64,000 nucleotides of DNA from an uncultured Bacilli bacterium (GTDB lineage: Bacteria > Bacillota_I > Bacilli_A > RF39 > UBA660): NCBI GenBank assembly GCA_934101595.1, contig CAKORR010000003.1:36479-100478 (forward strand). The letters run 5' to 3'. Shown one piece after another: positions 38,843 through 47,827 of this stretch. The position numbers and the translations under genes were made by a program. The notes under the pieces are model-generated. The model saw only the letters and a program-made list of their open reading frames with translations. It was not told where the DNA came from and made no database searches. The stretch's first letter is position 1. The number at the start of each line of letters is the position of its first letter.

Positions 38843-39313
38843 CTACTCCACATAACTTATAGTTGCCGCAACATGCTTATCAACTGTTATTTGCTTTACA
38901 GACCAAATTATAGTTAAAATAACAAGTAAAAAGATAAGTACATATACTAAAATAAAATATTTTTCTTTTTTATTAACCGCCTTAGTATATGGTGATAATA
39001 CTTTAACAGTTTCTTTTTCCTCTTTAGCTTGGTCTTTATAAGCCTTTTCAATTTCTTTTACAGGAATTTTTGAAGTATAATCATACATATAATCATTAAA
39101 TGTATTTATTACGTAATTTTCATCAATTCCCAAGTATTTCGCATAATCGCTTAAATTTCTTTTTAATTCAAAGATATCCTTAAAAGCTCCTATTTTACCG
39201 CTTTCAATGTTTTCTAATATAACATCTTTGATTTTTAAATCTTTGCTGGCTTCCTGCAATGATATACCAGAATCTATTCTAGTACTTTTCAGCAAATTGC
39301 CAATCTCGTCCAA
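38843..39313 (-). CDS. rodZ: RodZ-like HTH membrane protein
   Basis: N-terminal XRE-type HTH (LKSTRIDSGISLQEASKDLKIK), single TM. Position upstream of pgsA as B. subtilis ymfM. Confidence 0.6.
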   Translation of the reverse strand: MDEIGNLLKSTRIDSGISLQEASKDLKIKDVILENIESGKIGAFKDIFELKRNLSDYAKYLGIDENYVINTFNDYMYDYTSKIPVKEIEKAYKDQAKEEKETVKVLSPYTKAVNKKEKYFILVYVLIFLLVILTIIWSVKQITVDKHVAATISYVE

Positions 39314-39334
39314 GACATTTCACTCCTTCAATTT

Positions 39335-39685
39335 AAAAAAATAATATCCATATAAGCCATGTTCTGTCCTTTGTAAAAAGGGGCAAATATTTATCTACCA
39401 CATAAGCGGTCCCCTACTCTGTTTTATTCCTTTGTAGAAGCTCCCCTACCAAAATTTGGGTTTCTCGCTCGCGGGGTTTACCACGTTCCACTTACAAAGT
39501 TTCCCTTGTATCTCGTCTCTTTGGCACTTTTATATCTAATCTAACCATTTAAGGTTATTTCGAAGCCGTTAGTATACACTACCTTAGGTTATTTTTTCCC
39601 TAAGCACGAACACTACAACCATTTCAGGTTGTGCGAGCATGGACTTTCCTCTACATAAATAATTTATGCAGCATTTGCCTAGATA
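39335..39685 (-). ncRNA. rnpB: RNase P RNA, type B (Firmicutes)
   Basis: Minus-strand GAGGAAAGTCCATGCTCGCAC...GTTCGTGC...AGTGCCAAAG...GGAACGTGGTAAACCCCGCGAGCGAGAAACCCAAATTTTGGTAGGGG...GGACAGAACATGG matches B. subtilis rnpB universally conserved blocks. Ends are approximate. Confidence 0.85.
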
Positions 39686-40018
39686 TTATTCATCTTTTCC
39701 GTAAACAATTTTTTCAAGTTGACTAATTCTTCTAAGAACATCGATATTATTTATTGATCTTGTCTGATTGTTTCCTTCACCAGCAGCTTCAATAGTCGTT
39801 CTAAGTCTTCTTATTTCTTGTTTAAGTTTTATATTATCTTCTGTAAGATCTTTTATTTCTTTATCCTTGGATTTAATAATTGAAATAAATTCGGCATAAT
39901 CACGTATAACCATATCAAGATATTTATCAACCTCCTGAGGTCTATAGCCTCTCGCATCAACTTTAAATTCCTTTTCAAGTATTTCTTGAGGAGTTAAGTA
40001 AATTCTATCATTATACAT
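39686..40018 (-). CDS. gpsB: cell-cycle protein GpsB (DivIVA-domain)
   Basis: ...LTPQEILEKEFK...RGYRPQEVDKYLDMVIRDYAEF... DivIVA N-domain, about 110 aa. Adjacent to rnpB as in B. subtilis. Confidence 0.75.
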   Translation of the reverse strand: MYNDRIYLTPQEILEKEFKVDARGYRPQEVDKYLDMVIRDYAEFISIIKSKDKEIKDLTEDNIKLKQEIRRLRTTIEAAGEGNNQTRSINNIDVLRRISQLEKIVYGKDE

Positions 40019-40088
40019 TTTTCCACCTTCTTACGGTTACAATTATATAAATTTTGTCATCATTTGTCAATATGGGCTAAAAGAAAAA

Positions 40089-40196
40089 TCAAGACTTGTT
40101 ATCATCGTCTTGACTTTCTAGTGAAGCATCAAATAGCTTTAAACTTGCTAAAGAAACCTCTTTTATTAGCTCATCAAATACACTATCTATTCTCAT
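40089..40196 (-). CDS. unannotated 35-aa ORF (MRIDSVFDELIKEVSLASLKLFDASLESQDDDNKS)
   Basis: ATG with GGAGG RBS 5 nt upstream. Stop embedded in hairpin TCAAGAC..GTCTTGA followed by T-run. Below the ORF-track length cutoff. Confidence 0.3.
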   Translation of the reverse strand: MRIDSVFDELIKEVSLASLKLFDASLESQDDDNKS

Positions 40197-40333
40197 TTTT
40201 CCTCCACTTATTATTTTATGAATAAATATTTAAAAAACAAGATTTTCGACATTTTTAAACAAAAGATGTCAAATAAAAATACTAGAGTAGAAAATATTAT
40301 AAATGTGTAGTATAATTTATAAGGTGATTAAAG

Positions 40334-40891
40334 TTGAATTATCCAAACAAAATTAAAAAAAATAACAACAAATTTATCACTTATGCTAATAGAGGCATGA
40401 CTCTAGAAGAATTAGTTAATAAAACAAATGATTATTATATCGAAACCGATCAAGCTATAATTTATAAAAAGCCTACTCCAATTGGAATAGTTAAATCTGA
40501 TTATAAGAACATTACTAAAGCTTATTTTAAAGCCCCATCAACATTAGATTATAACGGAATTTATAAGGGCTGCTACATAGAGTTTGATGCTAAAGAAACA
40601 AAGCAAAAAACCTCTTTTCCACTTAAAAATATTCATGATCATCAATTAGTACACATGAGAAGAATTATTAATCATGGCGGAATATGTTTTTTGATAATTC
40701 TTATGAATAATGAGATATATTACTTAGATGGAAATGACCTATTTAGTTTTATTGATTCTGAAAAAAGAAAAAGTATTCCTTTTAGTTACTTTGAAGAAAA
40801 AGCAATTTTGCTAAAAGAAAATTATTTAAAAGGTATAAATTATTTAGAAGCTATAGATAAAATATATAAAGGAGAAAAATATGAAAATTAA
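40334..40891 (+). CDS. recU: Holliday junction resolvase RecU
   Basis: ...NRGMTLEELVNKTNDYY...IYKKPTPIGIV...YNGIYKGCYIEFDAKETKQKTSFPLKNIHDHQ... aligns to B. subtilis RecU. TTG start with AGGTGA RBS. Overlaps ponA. Confidence 0.85.
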   Translation: MNYPNKIKKNNNKFITYANRGMTLEELVNKTNDYYIETDQAIIYKKPTPIGIVKSDYKNITKAYFKAPSTLDYNGIYKGCYIEFDAKETKQKTSFPLKNIHDHQLVHMRRIINHGGICFLIILMNNEIYYLDGNDLFSFIDSEKRKSIPFSYFEEKAILLKENYLKGINYLEAIDKIYKGEKYEN

Positions 40892-43430
40892 AAAAGATAT
40901 CAAACAAAACAATAATAAAGATAATATAAAAGTTTTGAAAATTAAAAACAAGAAAAAACTTGGCAATTTCGTTCTAGGTTTTTTGGCTTTATGTGGAATT
41001 GGAATATCTTCGCTGGTACTAATTTTTGCATTATTCATTATAATATCTTCTCCAGATTTTGATCAAAACCTATTATATAGTAAAGAAGCTACAGTTTTAT
41101 ACGATATTAATAATAATGAAATGGCCCGTATTGGTTCAGAAAACCGCGAGCTTGTGACATATGACGATCTTCCTCAAGTTTTAATTGATGCTATTATTGC
41201 CACTGAAGATTCTAGATTTTTCCAACATAATGGACTAGATGGTGCTCGTTTTTTAATGGCTTCACTAAAGCAAGTAATGCGACTTAAAGGTGCTGGTGGT
41301 GCTTCAACTTTATCAATGCAAGTTATTAAAAATACATATACTGGAAATGAAGCTCATGGTATTAAAGGTATAATTCGTAAATTTACTGATATCTATATGG
41401 CCGTATTTAAGCTAGAAAGTAAATATACTAAAGAAGAAATAATAGAGTTCTATGTAAATTCTCAATGGCTTGGTTATGATGGTAATTTAAACTATAGCGG
41501 TATTTATGGCGTTGAGCAAGCTTGTCAATACTTTTTTGGCAAATCAGTTAAAGATATATCTCTAGCCGAAGCAGCAACAATCGCCGGAATGTTCCAAAAC
41601 CCAACACTTTATGATCCATATAAAAACCCTAACACAACTGGAAAAAGACGTGAAACGGTTTTAAAATTAATGGTAAGACATGGTTACATAACTGAAAAAG
41701 AAGCCGAAGAAGCTAACAAAATTTCTATTCCTTCACTTCTTAAAGAAAATAAATCAAATAACAATACACCTTACCAAGCATTTATAGACTACGTTATTAA
41801 TGAAGTACAAGAAAAAACTGGTAAAAATCCAACAAAAACACCTATGGCAATCTACACTACCCTTGACCCCGACGTTCAAAAGCATATTACTGCCATTGAA
41901 GATGGATCAGGATATAAATGGATAAATGATGTTTTACAATTTGGAACAGCTATAACTAGCGTTAAAAATGGCTCTATAGTTGGTATGTCAGGCGGAAGAA
42001 ATTATGCAGCTAAAGGATTAAACAGAGCAACTGATATTAATAGACAGCCTGGATCTACAGCAAAAATATTATTCGATTACGGTCCATATATTGAATATAA
42101 AAATGGTTCGACTTACTCACTATTTGTCGATGAACCTTACACATATTCAAATGGCCAAAAAATAACAAACTCTGATGATGGATATAGAGGCCTATTAACA
42201 TTAAGACAAGCCCTTTCATCTTCAAGAAACATTCCAGCTTTACAAGCTTTCCAAGCTGTTAATAATGATGATAAAGATATAATTCCTAATTTTGTTCACA
42301 GTTTAGGTATTGATTATGGCAAAGATTTATTTGAATCAGCAGCAATTGGTGGATTTAATGGAACTAATCCTCTTCAAATGAGTGCGGCGTATGCGGCTTT
42401 TGCAAGAGGCGGATATTATATTGCACCATATAGTTTCACAAAAGCTATTGATTTATCAACACAAAAAGAATATGAAAATAAATATACAAAAAATAAAGTC
42501 ATGAGTGAAGAAACTGCTTATATGATTACGAGCGTATTACAAACTGCACAATCAAATGGTGTCGGTGGTAGATTCTCTGTAAGCGGTACGGACATTGCAG
42601 CAAAAGGTGGTACAACAAACACAGATAAAAAAACTCGTGAACAAAAAGGACTTCCAAGTGGAGTAACACCAGACCATTGGAATATTACCTATTCACCAGA
42701 CTACGCAATAGCTCTATGGCTTGGTTATGATCAGCAAACTAAAGAATACTACTTAAAGTCTAATAATGGTGGTAGTATGCGTAAAACAATAATGAGCTAC
42801 CTTGGTTCACATATATATAAGAAAAACTCTAAGTTTACTAAACCAGCCGGCGTTATTTCTGTAGAAGTTGAAAAGGAAACCTTCCCTGCTCAATTGCCTA
42901 GTGAATATACACCAGCTAACATGAGAATCACTGAATTGTTCAAGAAAGGAACAGAGCCTTCCGAAGTTTCTACAAGATATAGTCAATTATCTAATCCTAG
43001 TAATGGTTCGTACACTTATGATGGATCAACAATTCGCATCACTTGGAATCCAATTAGTAATCCAGATGCTATAAATACTTCACTGCTTCAAGAACACTTT
43101 AATAAGTACTATTACAGCGCAGCTACAAATTATTACAATAAACGTATTAATTATAACAATTCAAGCATTGGTTCACTAGGATATCAAATTTATTTAAAAG
43201 ACAGTTCTGGCAATATGACCTCGCTTGGATTTACAAATAATACAAACTTTAGTTATCAAGCAACACCTGGAGTTAGTAATTATACTTTCATTATAAAAAG
43301 TGCTTATAGTATTTTTAAGGCAAATATGAGTAGTGGATTATCAATTCCCGTTTCAGTAAGTGTTGATTCAAACATCCAAGATATTGTGACACCAAACGAT
43401 AATACAAATAGCGAAACAACTGAAAATTAA
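40881..43430 (+). CDS. ponA: penicillin-binding protein 1A (bifunctional transglycosylase/transpeptidase)
   Basis: TM anchor, glycosyltransferase motifs (EDSRFFQHNGLD, ...GASTLSMQV...), transpeptidase SxxK (GSTAK) and KTG. Confidence 0.85.
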   Translation: MKIKKDIKQNNNKDNIKVLKIKNKKKLGNFVLGFLALCGIGISSLVLIFALFIIISSPDFDQNLLYSKEATVLYDINNNEMARIGSENRELVTYDDLPQVLIDAIIATEDSRFFQHNGLDGARFLMASLKQVMRLKGAGGASTLSMQVIKNTYTGNEAHGIKGIIRKFTDIYMAVFKLESKYTKEEIIEFYVNSQWLGYDGNLNYSGIYGVEQACQYFFGKSVKDISLAEAATIAGMFQNPTLYDPYKNPNTTGKRRETVLKLMVRHGYITEKEAEEANKISIPSLLKENKSNNNTPYQAFIDYVINEVQEKTGKNPTKTPMAIYTTLDPDVQKHITAIEDGSGYKWINDVLQFGTAITSVKNGSIVGMSGGRNYAAKGLNRATDINRQPGSTAKILFDYGPYIEYKNGSTYSLFVDEPYTYSNGQKITNSDDGYRGLLTLRQALSSSRNIPALQAFQAVNNDDKDIIPNFVHSLGIDYGKDLFESAAIGGFNGTNPLQMSAAYAAFARGGYYIAPYSFTKAIDLSTQKEYENKYTKNKVMSEETAYMITSVLQTAQSNGVGGRFSVSGTDIAAKGGTTNTDKKTREQKGLPSGVTPDHWNITYSPDYAIALWLGYDQQTKEYYLKSNNGGSMRKTIMSYLGSHIYKKNSKFTKPAGVISVEVEKETFPAQLPSEYTPANMRITELFKKGTEPSEVSTRYSQLSNPSNGSYTYDGSTIRITWNPISNPDAINTSLLQEHFNKYYYSAATNYYNKRINYNNSSIGSLGYQIYLKDSSGNMTSLGFTNNTNFSYQATPGVSNYTFIIKSAYSIFKANMSSGLSIPVSVSVDSNIQDIVTPNDNTNSETTEN

Positions 43431-43462
43431 TATAAAAAAAGTAAATCGTTTTAATTAATGAT

Positions 43463-44086
43463 CTACTTTTTTTGTTGTTTACAATAATCTTTTAATAAAC
43501 AGTTATCACATTTTGGATTTTTACTTGTGCAATAATATCTTCCAAACAAAACCAATTGTAGATGAACTCTACCCCAGTCTTCTTTCTTTAAAAACTTTTT
43601 TAATTTGTTTTCGACTTTTAAAACATCATCACTGGTTTTAGAAAGACCTAGTCTTTTAGAAACTCTAAACACATGAGTATCAACAGCAATTGCCGGGACG
43701 TTAAAAAGCTCCGATAACACAACATTGCAAGTCTTTCTTCCGACTCCTGGTAAGCTTTCAAGATAATCTCTATCATTAGGTACTATACCATTCCAGTCTT
43801 TTAATAAATGCTCTGCTATAGATTTTACGAAAAAAGCCTTTTTATGATAGGAGCCAACCGGTCTAATAATTTTTTCTATTTCTAATAAACTCATTTTAGA
43901 GATTTCTAGAAGACTTTTTTTGTAAAGGGTCCTAGTCACTTCGTTAACTCTTTTATCCGTGGATTGGGCACTTAATACAGTTGAAATAAGCAGCTCATAG
44001 TCATGATTATAGATTAGCTCACACCGAGGACTTGGAATTATTTCGTTTAATAAACTAGTTAACTTTTCATTCGTTATTTTCATCAT
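43463..44086 (-). CDS. nth: endonuclease III
   Basis: HhH-GPD (LPGVGRKTCNVVL), catalytic region, C-terminal CxxxxxxCxxCxxxxxC cluster (CTSKNPKCDNCLLKDYC). Confidence 0.85.
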   Translation of the reverse strand: MMKITNEKLTSLLNEIIPSPRCELIYNHDYELLISTVLSAQSTDKRVNEVTRTLYKKSLLEISKMSLLEIEKIIRPVGSYHKKAFFVKSIAEHLLKDWNGIVPNDRDYLESLPGVGRKTCNVVLSELFNVPAIAVDTHVFRVSKRLGLSKTSDDVLKVENKLKKFLKKEDWGRVHLQLVLFGRYYCTSKNPKCDNCLLKDYCKQQKK

Positions 44087-44702
44087 CTAACCAATTATAA
44101 TCAAATAGTTCTTTTTTAGGAGATTTACTACTACGATTTGATAAATAATTTTCAAGATCTTTTTGATTATTAAGTCCTTTTTTCTTCCATTCAAATAATA
44201 TCTTGTCTATATACCTTAAATTTCTAACCCCGTTATAAACGGCTTCTTTTAATGCGCCCAAAATCATTTCTTCCGAAAAATCTTTAGATATCCACGCTTT
44301 AATTATTTCGTACTCCATAGACGATAAAGGTCTTCCAAATTCTTTTTCAAATGTTGTATATATGTCATTTTTTTCTTTCTCATTTTCACAAACGGCACTA
44401 TCAATTTCCACATATAGTGGATCTAAATTAATAAAATCACATATTTTCCCAGAAGGATTCTTTTTAGATTCTAATAAAATGGCTTTCTTTTTAATTAAAG
44501 AGTTAAAAGCTTCTAAACAGGTATTTGGTTCGATTTTAATGACATTAGATATTTTTGCCACATCAAATTGACGATTATCATCATTAATAAAATAAAGTAA
44601 CAGTAAAAACTCATTAATCGATAAGTTAAATTTACTAATGCATGGTAATAATATAGAATTAATAACTAAATTTTTGCTTTCTAAAAAATTTTTAGTTTTC
44701 AC
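44067..44702 (-). CDS. dnaD: DnaD-domain replication initiation/membrane attachment protein
   Basis: ...MEYEIIKAWISKDFSEEMILGALKEAVYNGVRNLRYIDKILFEWKKKG (DnaD C-domain). Order dnaD-nth as in B. subtilis. Confidence 0.65.
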   Translation of the reverse strand: MKTKNFLESKNLVINSILLPCISKFNLSINEFLLLLYFINDDNRQFDVAKISNVIKIEPNTCLEAFNSLIKKKAILLESKKNPSGKICDFINLDPLYVEIDSAVCENEKEKNDIYTTFEKEFGRPLSSMEYEIIKAWISKDFSEEMILGALKEAVYNGVRNLRYIDKILFEWKKKGLNNQKDLENYLSNRSSKSPKKELFDYNWLDDENNE

Positions 44703-45777
44703 GATAAAAACCCTCCTCTTTCAAATAATTAGTAATAGACTTTCGGCCATTTTTCATAGTTCCCTCAAGTATTTTTTCTACTAGTATGTTGATTATATTG
44801 CCAAATTCTTTACCGGACGCTTTAGTCATCATCAATAATTTATTTGGAGTTATTGCAAGATCCTGTGGACTTTTAATGGCAAGTGACTTATACATTTTGT
44901 TTATTACCTTTAAGTCATTATTAAGTATTTGAGCTGCCACGGTACAAAGATATAATCCGTTTTCGTATAGGGATCTGTTGGTAATGCCATATTTGATAAT
45001 GGATTTAATTTTTATTATATGATTGTTTTCTTCCTTTGTAAACGGCAAATCACAATTAATATTCATTTGAGCATACATACCGCATAAATCTTCTACTTTT
45101 TTGATATTTTCACATTTAATATTTATAACCTCGAATATCCTTAGTTCATTTAATAAGTCAATGCCTTTTAAACAATTATCGCTTAAAAGGATCTTATCTA
45201 ACTCATTTTTTATTCTAGAATACGAAAGGGATTTTACTAATTCGGCATGATTATAAATGAAAGAAAAAATTTCATTGCTTAGCTCAAAATTTAATATAGT
45301 AGCAAATCTTATCGCTCTAAAAATACGTAAAGGATCCTCATTCATTTTTTTTGAAACATTACCAACCATTTCTATTCTTTTGAGATTTATATCGTTAGAG
45401 CCTTTAAATATATCTATAATTTGCCCTTTTTGGTTGATGCATATCGTATTCATAGTAAAATCGCGACGTTTTAAATCTTCAATAAGATTACTAACATATT
45501 TAACACTTTTTGGATGTCTATCTTTGTAATCTATTTCTTCACGATAAGTTGTTACTTCAAAGTTGTATTTTTTTAGTTTAAAAGATGCTGAACCATATAT
45601 ACCAGTTGATGCATAAGGAAATATCTTTTTCAAATCTTTAGGCAAGGCATTAGTGCATATATCAATATCATAACTATGTTTTCCTAAAAGGAAATCTCTA
45701 ACATAGCCTCCAATGACATACGCTTCGAAGCCATTTTTTTCTATCATAGAAAGGACTTTTTTTATTATTTTTTCCAT
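44692..45777 (-). CDS. cca: CCA-adding tRNA nucleotidyltransferase
   Basis: ...AYVIGGYVRDFLLGK...DIDICT... Pol-beta NT motif, ...TYREE.DY.DRHP.... Confidence 0.75.
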   Translation of the reverse strand: MEKIIKKVLSMIEKNGFEAYVIGGYVRDFLLGKHSYDIDICTNALPKDLKKIFPYASTGIYGSASFKLKKYNFEVTTYREEIDYKDRHPKSVKYVSNLIEDLKRRDFTMNTICINQKGQIIDIFKGSNDINLKRIEMVGNVSKKMNEDPLRIFRAIRFATILNFELSNEIFSFIYNHAELVKSLSYSRIKNELDKILLSDNCLKGIDLLNELRIFEVINIKCENIKKVEDLCGMYAQMNINCDLPFTKEENNHIIKIKSIIKYGITNRSLYENGLYLCTVAAQILNNDLKVINKMYKSLAIKSPQDLAITPNKLLMMTKASGKEFGNIINILVEKILEGTMKNGRKSITNYLKEEGFYREN

Positions 45778-46613
45778 TTTTTTCGGCCTTTCTTAGTTGT
45801 TTTAACCATCATGGATATAATTAGTGCTCCAACCAAAGCTATTAAATATTTATAATCTATAGAATACTCGGCTGTTAAAGTAAGATCTCCAGTTACTGGC
45901 TGAGAAAAGTCATATTTTTGTGAACCTAGATACCAGCCCTTGAAGATAAAGCCATCTTTTTTTGAAGGTGTCAAAGTTTTAATTTTTTCGTTTGCTTTAA
46001 CTTTCTTTACGACTTCTTTATCTTTACTTTTAAATGTAACAGTGTAGTATACTAAAGAAAGTAATTTTCCATCAGCATAATCAATAGTTGTGCAGTAGCC
46101 ATCAGTGTTTTTATTAATCGACCAAATACCTAATGAATTATCAATTGCATTTTTCTCTTCCTGACATAGATCATCTAAATAGCTATAGCTTCCATATATA
46201 TAGGCGACTTTAGCGTAACCGTTTTTTAGTAGTAACTGTTCTAATAAAACATCATCAACCCACACCCACGCTAGTAGTCTGCCATATTTGTCAGTCTGTT
46301 CACTATTGGCATCATATTGAATTTCAATTTTTTGAGCACTTTTCAAAGTTGAACAGGTAAAATCACTGGCTTCTTTGCCAAATGGTTCCTTTTTCTTCTT
46401 CGGATGAACACTTTCCGGGGTATCAATAGCAAGAAATCGCACTTTTTTCTCATCACCATTGACTGTAAAAGTCGCCGTATCACCATCAACACATTTGCTT
46501 AATTGAACTTCTATTTTTTCCGTTTGAATGGCCTTTTTTGTCTTGGCATTTACACATGGAAAATAAAATAATACAATAGAAATCAATAATAGTTTTGCAA
46601 AAGTTTTCTTCAT
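45765..46613 (-). CDS. secreted thermonuclease (SNase-like) with C-terminal extension and membrane anchor
   Basis: Signal peptide, ...CVDGDTATF...RFLAIDTPE...YGRLLAWVWVDD... SNase catalytic motifs, C-terminal TM plus KKGRKKWKK. Confidence 0.7.
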   Translation of the reverse strand: MKKTFAKLLLISIVLFYFPCVNAKTKKAIQTEKIEVQLSKCVDGDTATFTVNGDEKKVRFLAIDTPESVHPKKKKEPFGKEASDFTCSTLKSAQKIEIQYDANSEQTDKYGRLLAWVWVDDVLLEQLLLKNGYAKVAYIYGSYSYLDDLCQEEKNAIDNSLGIWSINKNTDGYCTTIDYADGKLLSLVYYTVTFKSKDKEVVKKVKANEKIKTLTPSKKDGFIFKGWYLGSQKYDFSQPVTGDLTLTAEYSIDYKYLIALVGALIISMMVKTTKKGRKKWKK

Positions 46614-46770
46614 ACAATCACCTTACTATATTTTAACACAAATAAAAGTAAAAATATTAAACAGATATATTTTTTTACATTTTTATGACAATTTTAAAAA
46701 GCATACTAATATGTGACAAATTTTTTCGAATTATTGTTATTTAATATTCAGTCAAAGAAAGGATTTGTAC

Positions 46771-47505
46771 ATGAAAAAAGAAATTAAAATTTTGTATCGC
46801 GAATTTTATAGAATAAGAAATATGGGATTGATAAAAAGTTTGCGAGGTGGCTCAACCGGAATTGGCTATACATTTGAAACACTACTTTCTAAAAAAGAAG
46901 ATCAAAGTTTCAAGCCTGACTATTTAGGAATAGAAATTAAAACACATTTGGGATATTCTAAATCACCGATAACTTTGTTTAATTTAACTCCTGAAAACAT
47001 AGATAAAAAGACCACAAAAGATCTTTTAAAAGAATATGGTTACAGGAAAAATGCTGACTTTATTTTTCGAAAAGAAATAAGATACAGCTTTAATGAGCTG
47101 AATCCGATAAAATACTATTTTAAACTTTATGTTAGTAAAGAAATGAAGAAGATTATATTGCAAGTTTATAATAGATACTTATATTTAATTGATGATAGCT
47201 ATTATTGGGAATTTAGAAAATTACAAGAACGTCTAAAAACAAAATTGTCCTACTTAGCTATTGTTACGGGTTATGACTACGTATATAGTGGTGTCACTTA
47301 TTACAAATACACAAGCATGAACGTTTTTAGTTTGAAACAATTTGAAAGCTTTTTAGACTTGGTTGAAAAAAATAAAATTTTTATAATATTTAATTTAAAG
47401 GCTATGAACTCTGAAGAATATGGTGAATACGTCAAGGATCACGGAACAGCTTTTAGAATCGAATTGTCTAGCATTGGCGATTTATTTGAAAAAGTTATTT
47501 TGTAA
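46771..47505 (+). CDS. MvaI/BcnI-like (MutH-fold) PD-(D/E)XK restriction endonuclease, orphan
   Basis: ATG at 46771 with AAAGGA RBS. ...LRGGSTGIGYTFETLL... then D50-x4-E55-x-K57 (PDYLGIEIK), same spacing as BcnI D55/E60/K62. 245 aa. Confidence 0.55.
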   Translation: MKKEIKILYREFYRIRNMGLIKSLRGGSTGIGYTFETLLSKKEDQSFKPDYLGIEIKTHLGYSKSPITLFNLTPENIDKKTTKDLLKEYGYRKNADFIFRKEIRYSFNELNPIKYYFKLYVSKEMKKIILQVYNRYLYLIDDSYYWEFRKLQERLKTKLSYLAIVTGYDYVYSGVTYYKYTSMNVFSLKQFESFLDLVEKNKIFIIFNLKAMNSEEYGEYVKDHGTAFRIELSSIGDLFEKVIL

Positions 47506-47556
47506 AGGACCTAGGGGCATAAAAAAACAGTACTTGGTGTACTGTATAAATTTAAC

Positions 47557-47633
47557 TGGTCGAGAAGACAGGATTTGAACCTGCAACCCCTAGGTCCCAA
47601 ACCTAGTGCACTACCAAATTGTGCTACTTCTCG
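47557..47633 (-). tRNA. tRNA-Pro (UGG)
   Basis: Cloverleaf read by hand: CGAGAAG acceptor, anticodon loop TTTGGGA, T-arm GGTTCAAATCC, CCA end. Confidence 0.85.
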
Positions 47634-47638
47634 ATACT

Positions 47639-47715
47639 TGGTACGCCCAGAGGGAGTCGAACCCCCAACCTTTAGATCCGTAGTCTAACGCTCTATCCAA
47701 TTGAGCTATGGGCGC
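47639..47715 (-). tRNA. tRNA-Arg (ACG)
   Basis: GCGCCCATAGCTCAATTGGATAGAGC..., anticodon loop CTACGGA, T-arm GGTTCGACTCC, CCA end. Confidence 0.85.
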
Positions 47716-47827
47716 ACAACACTCTGTGCATATCGAAAATGCATTTTAATTATATAACACTAATTCCAAAAAAGCAATCACTTTTTTTAAAATTTGATAA
47801 TTTTTAATAATTCACTATTTCAACAGT

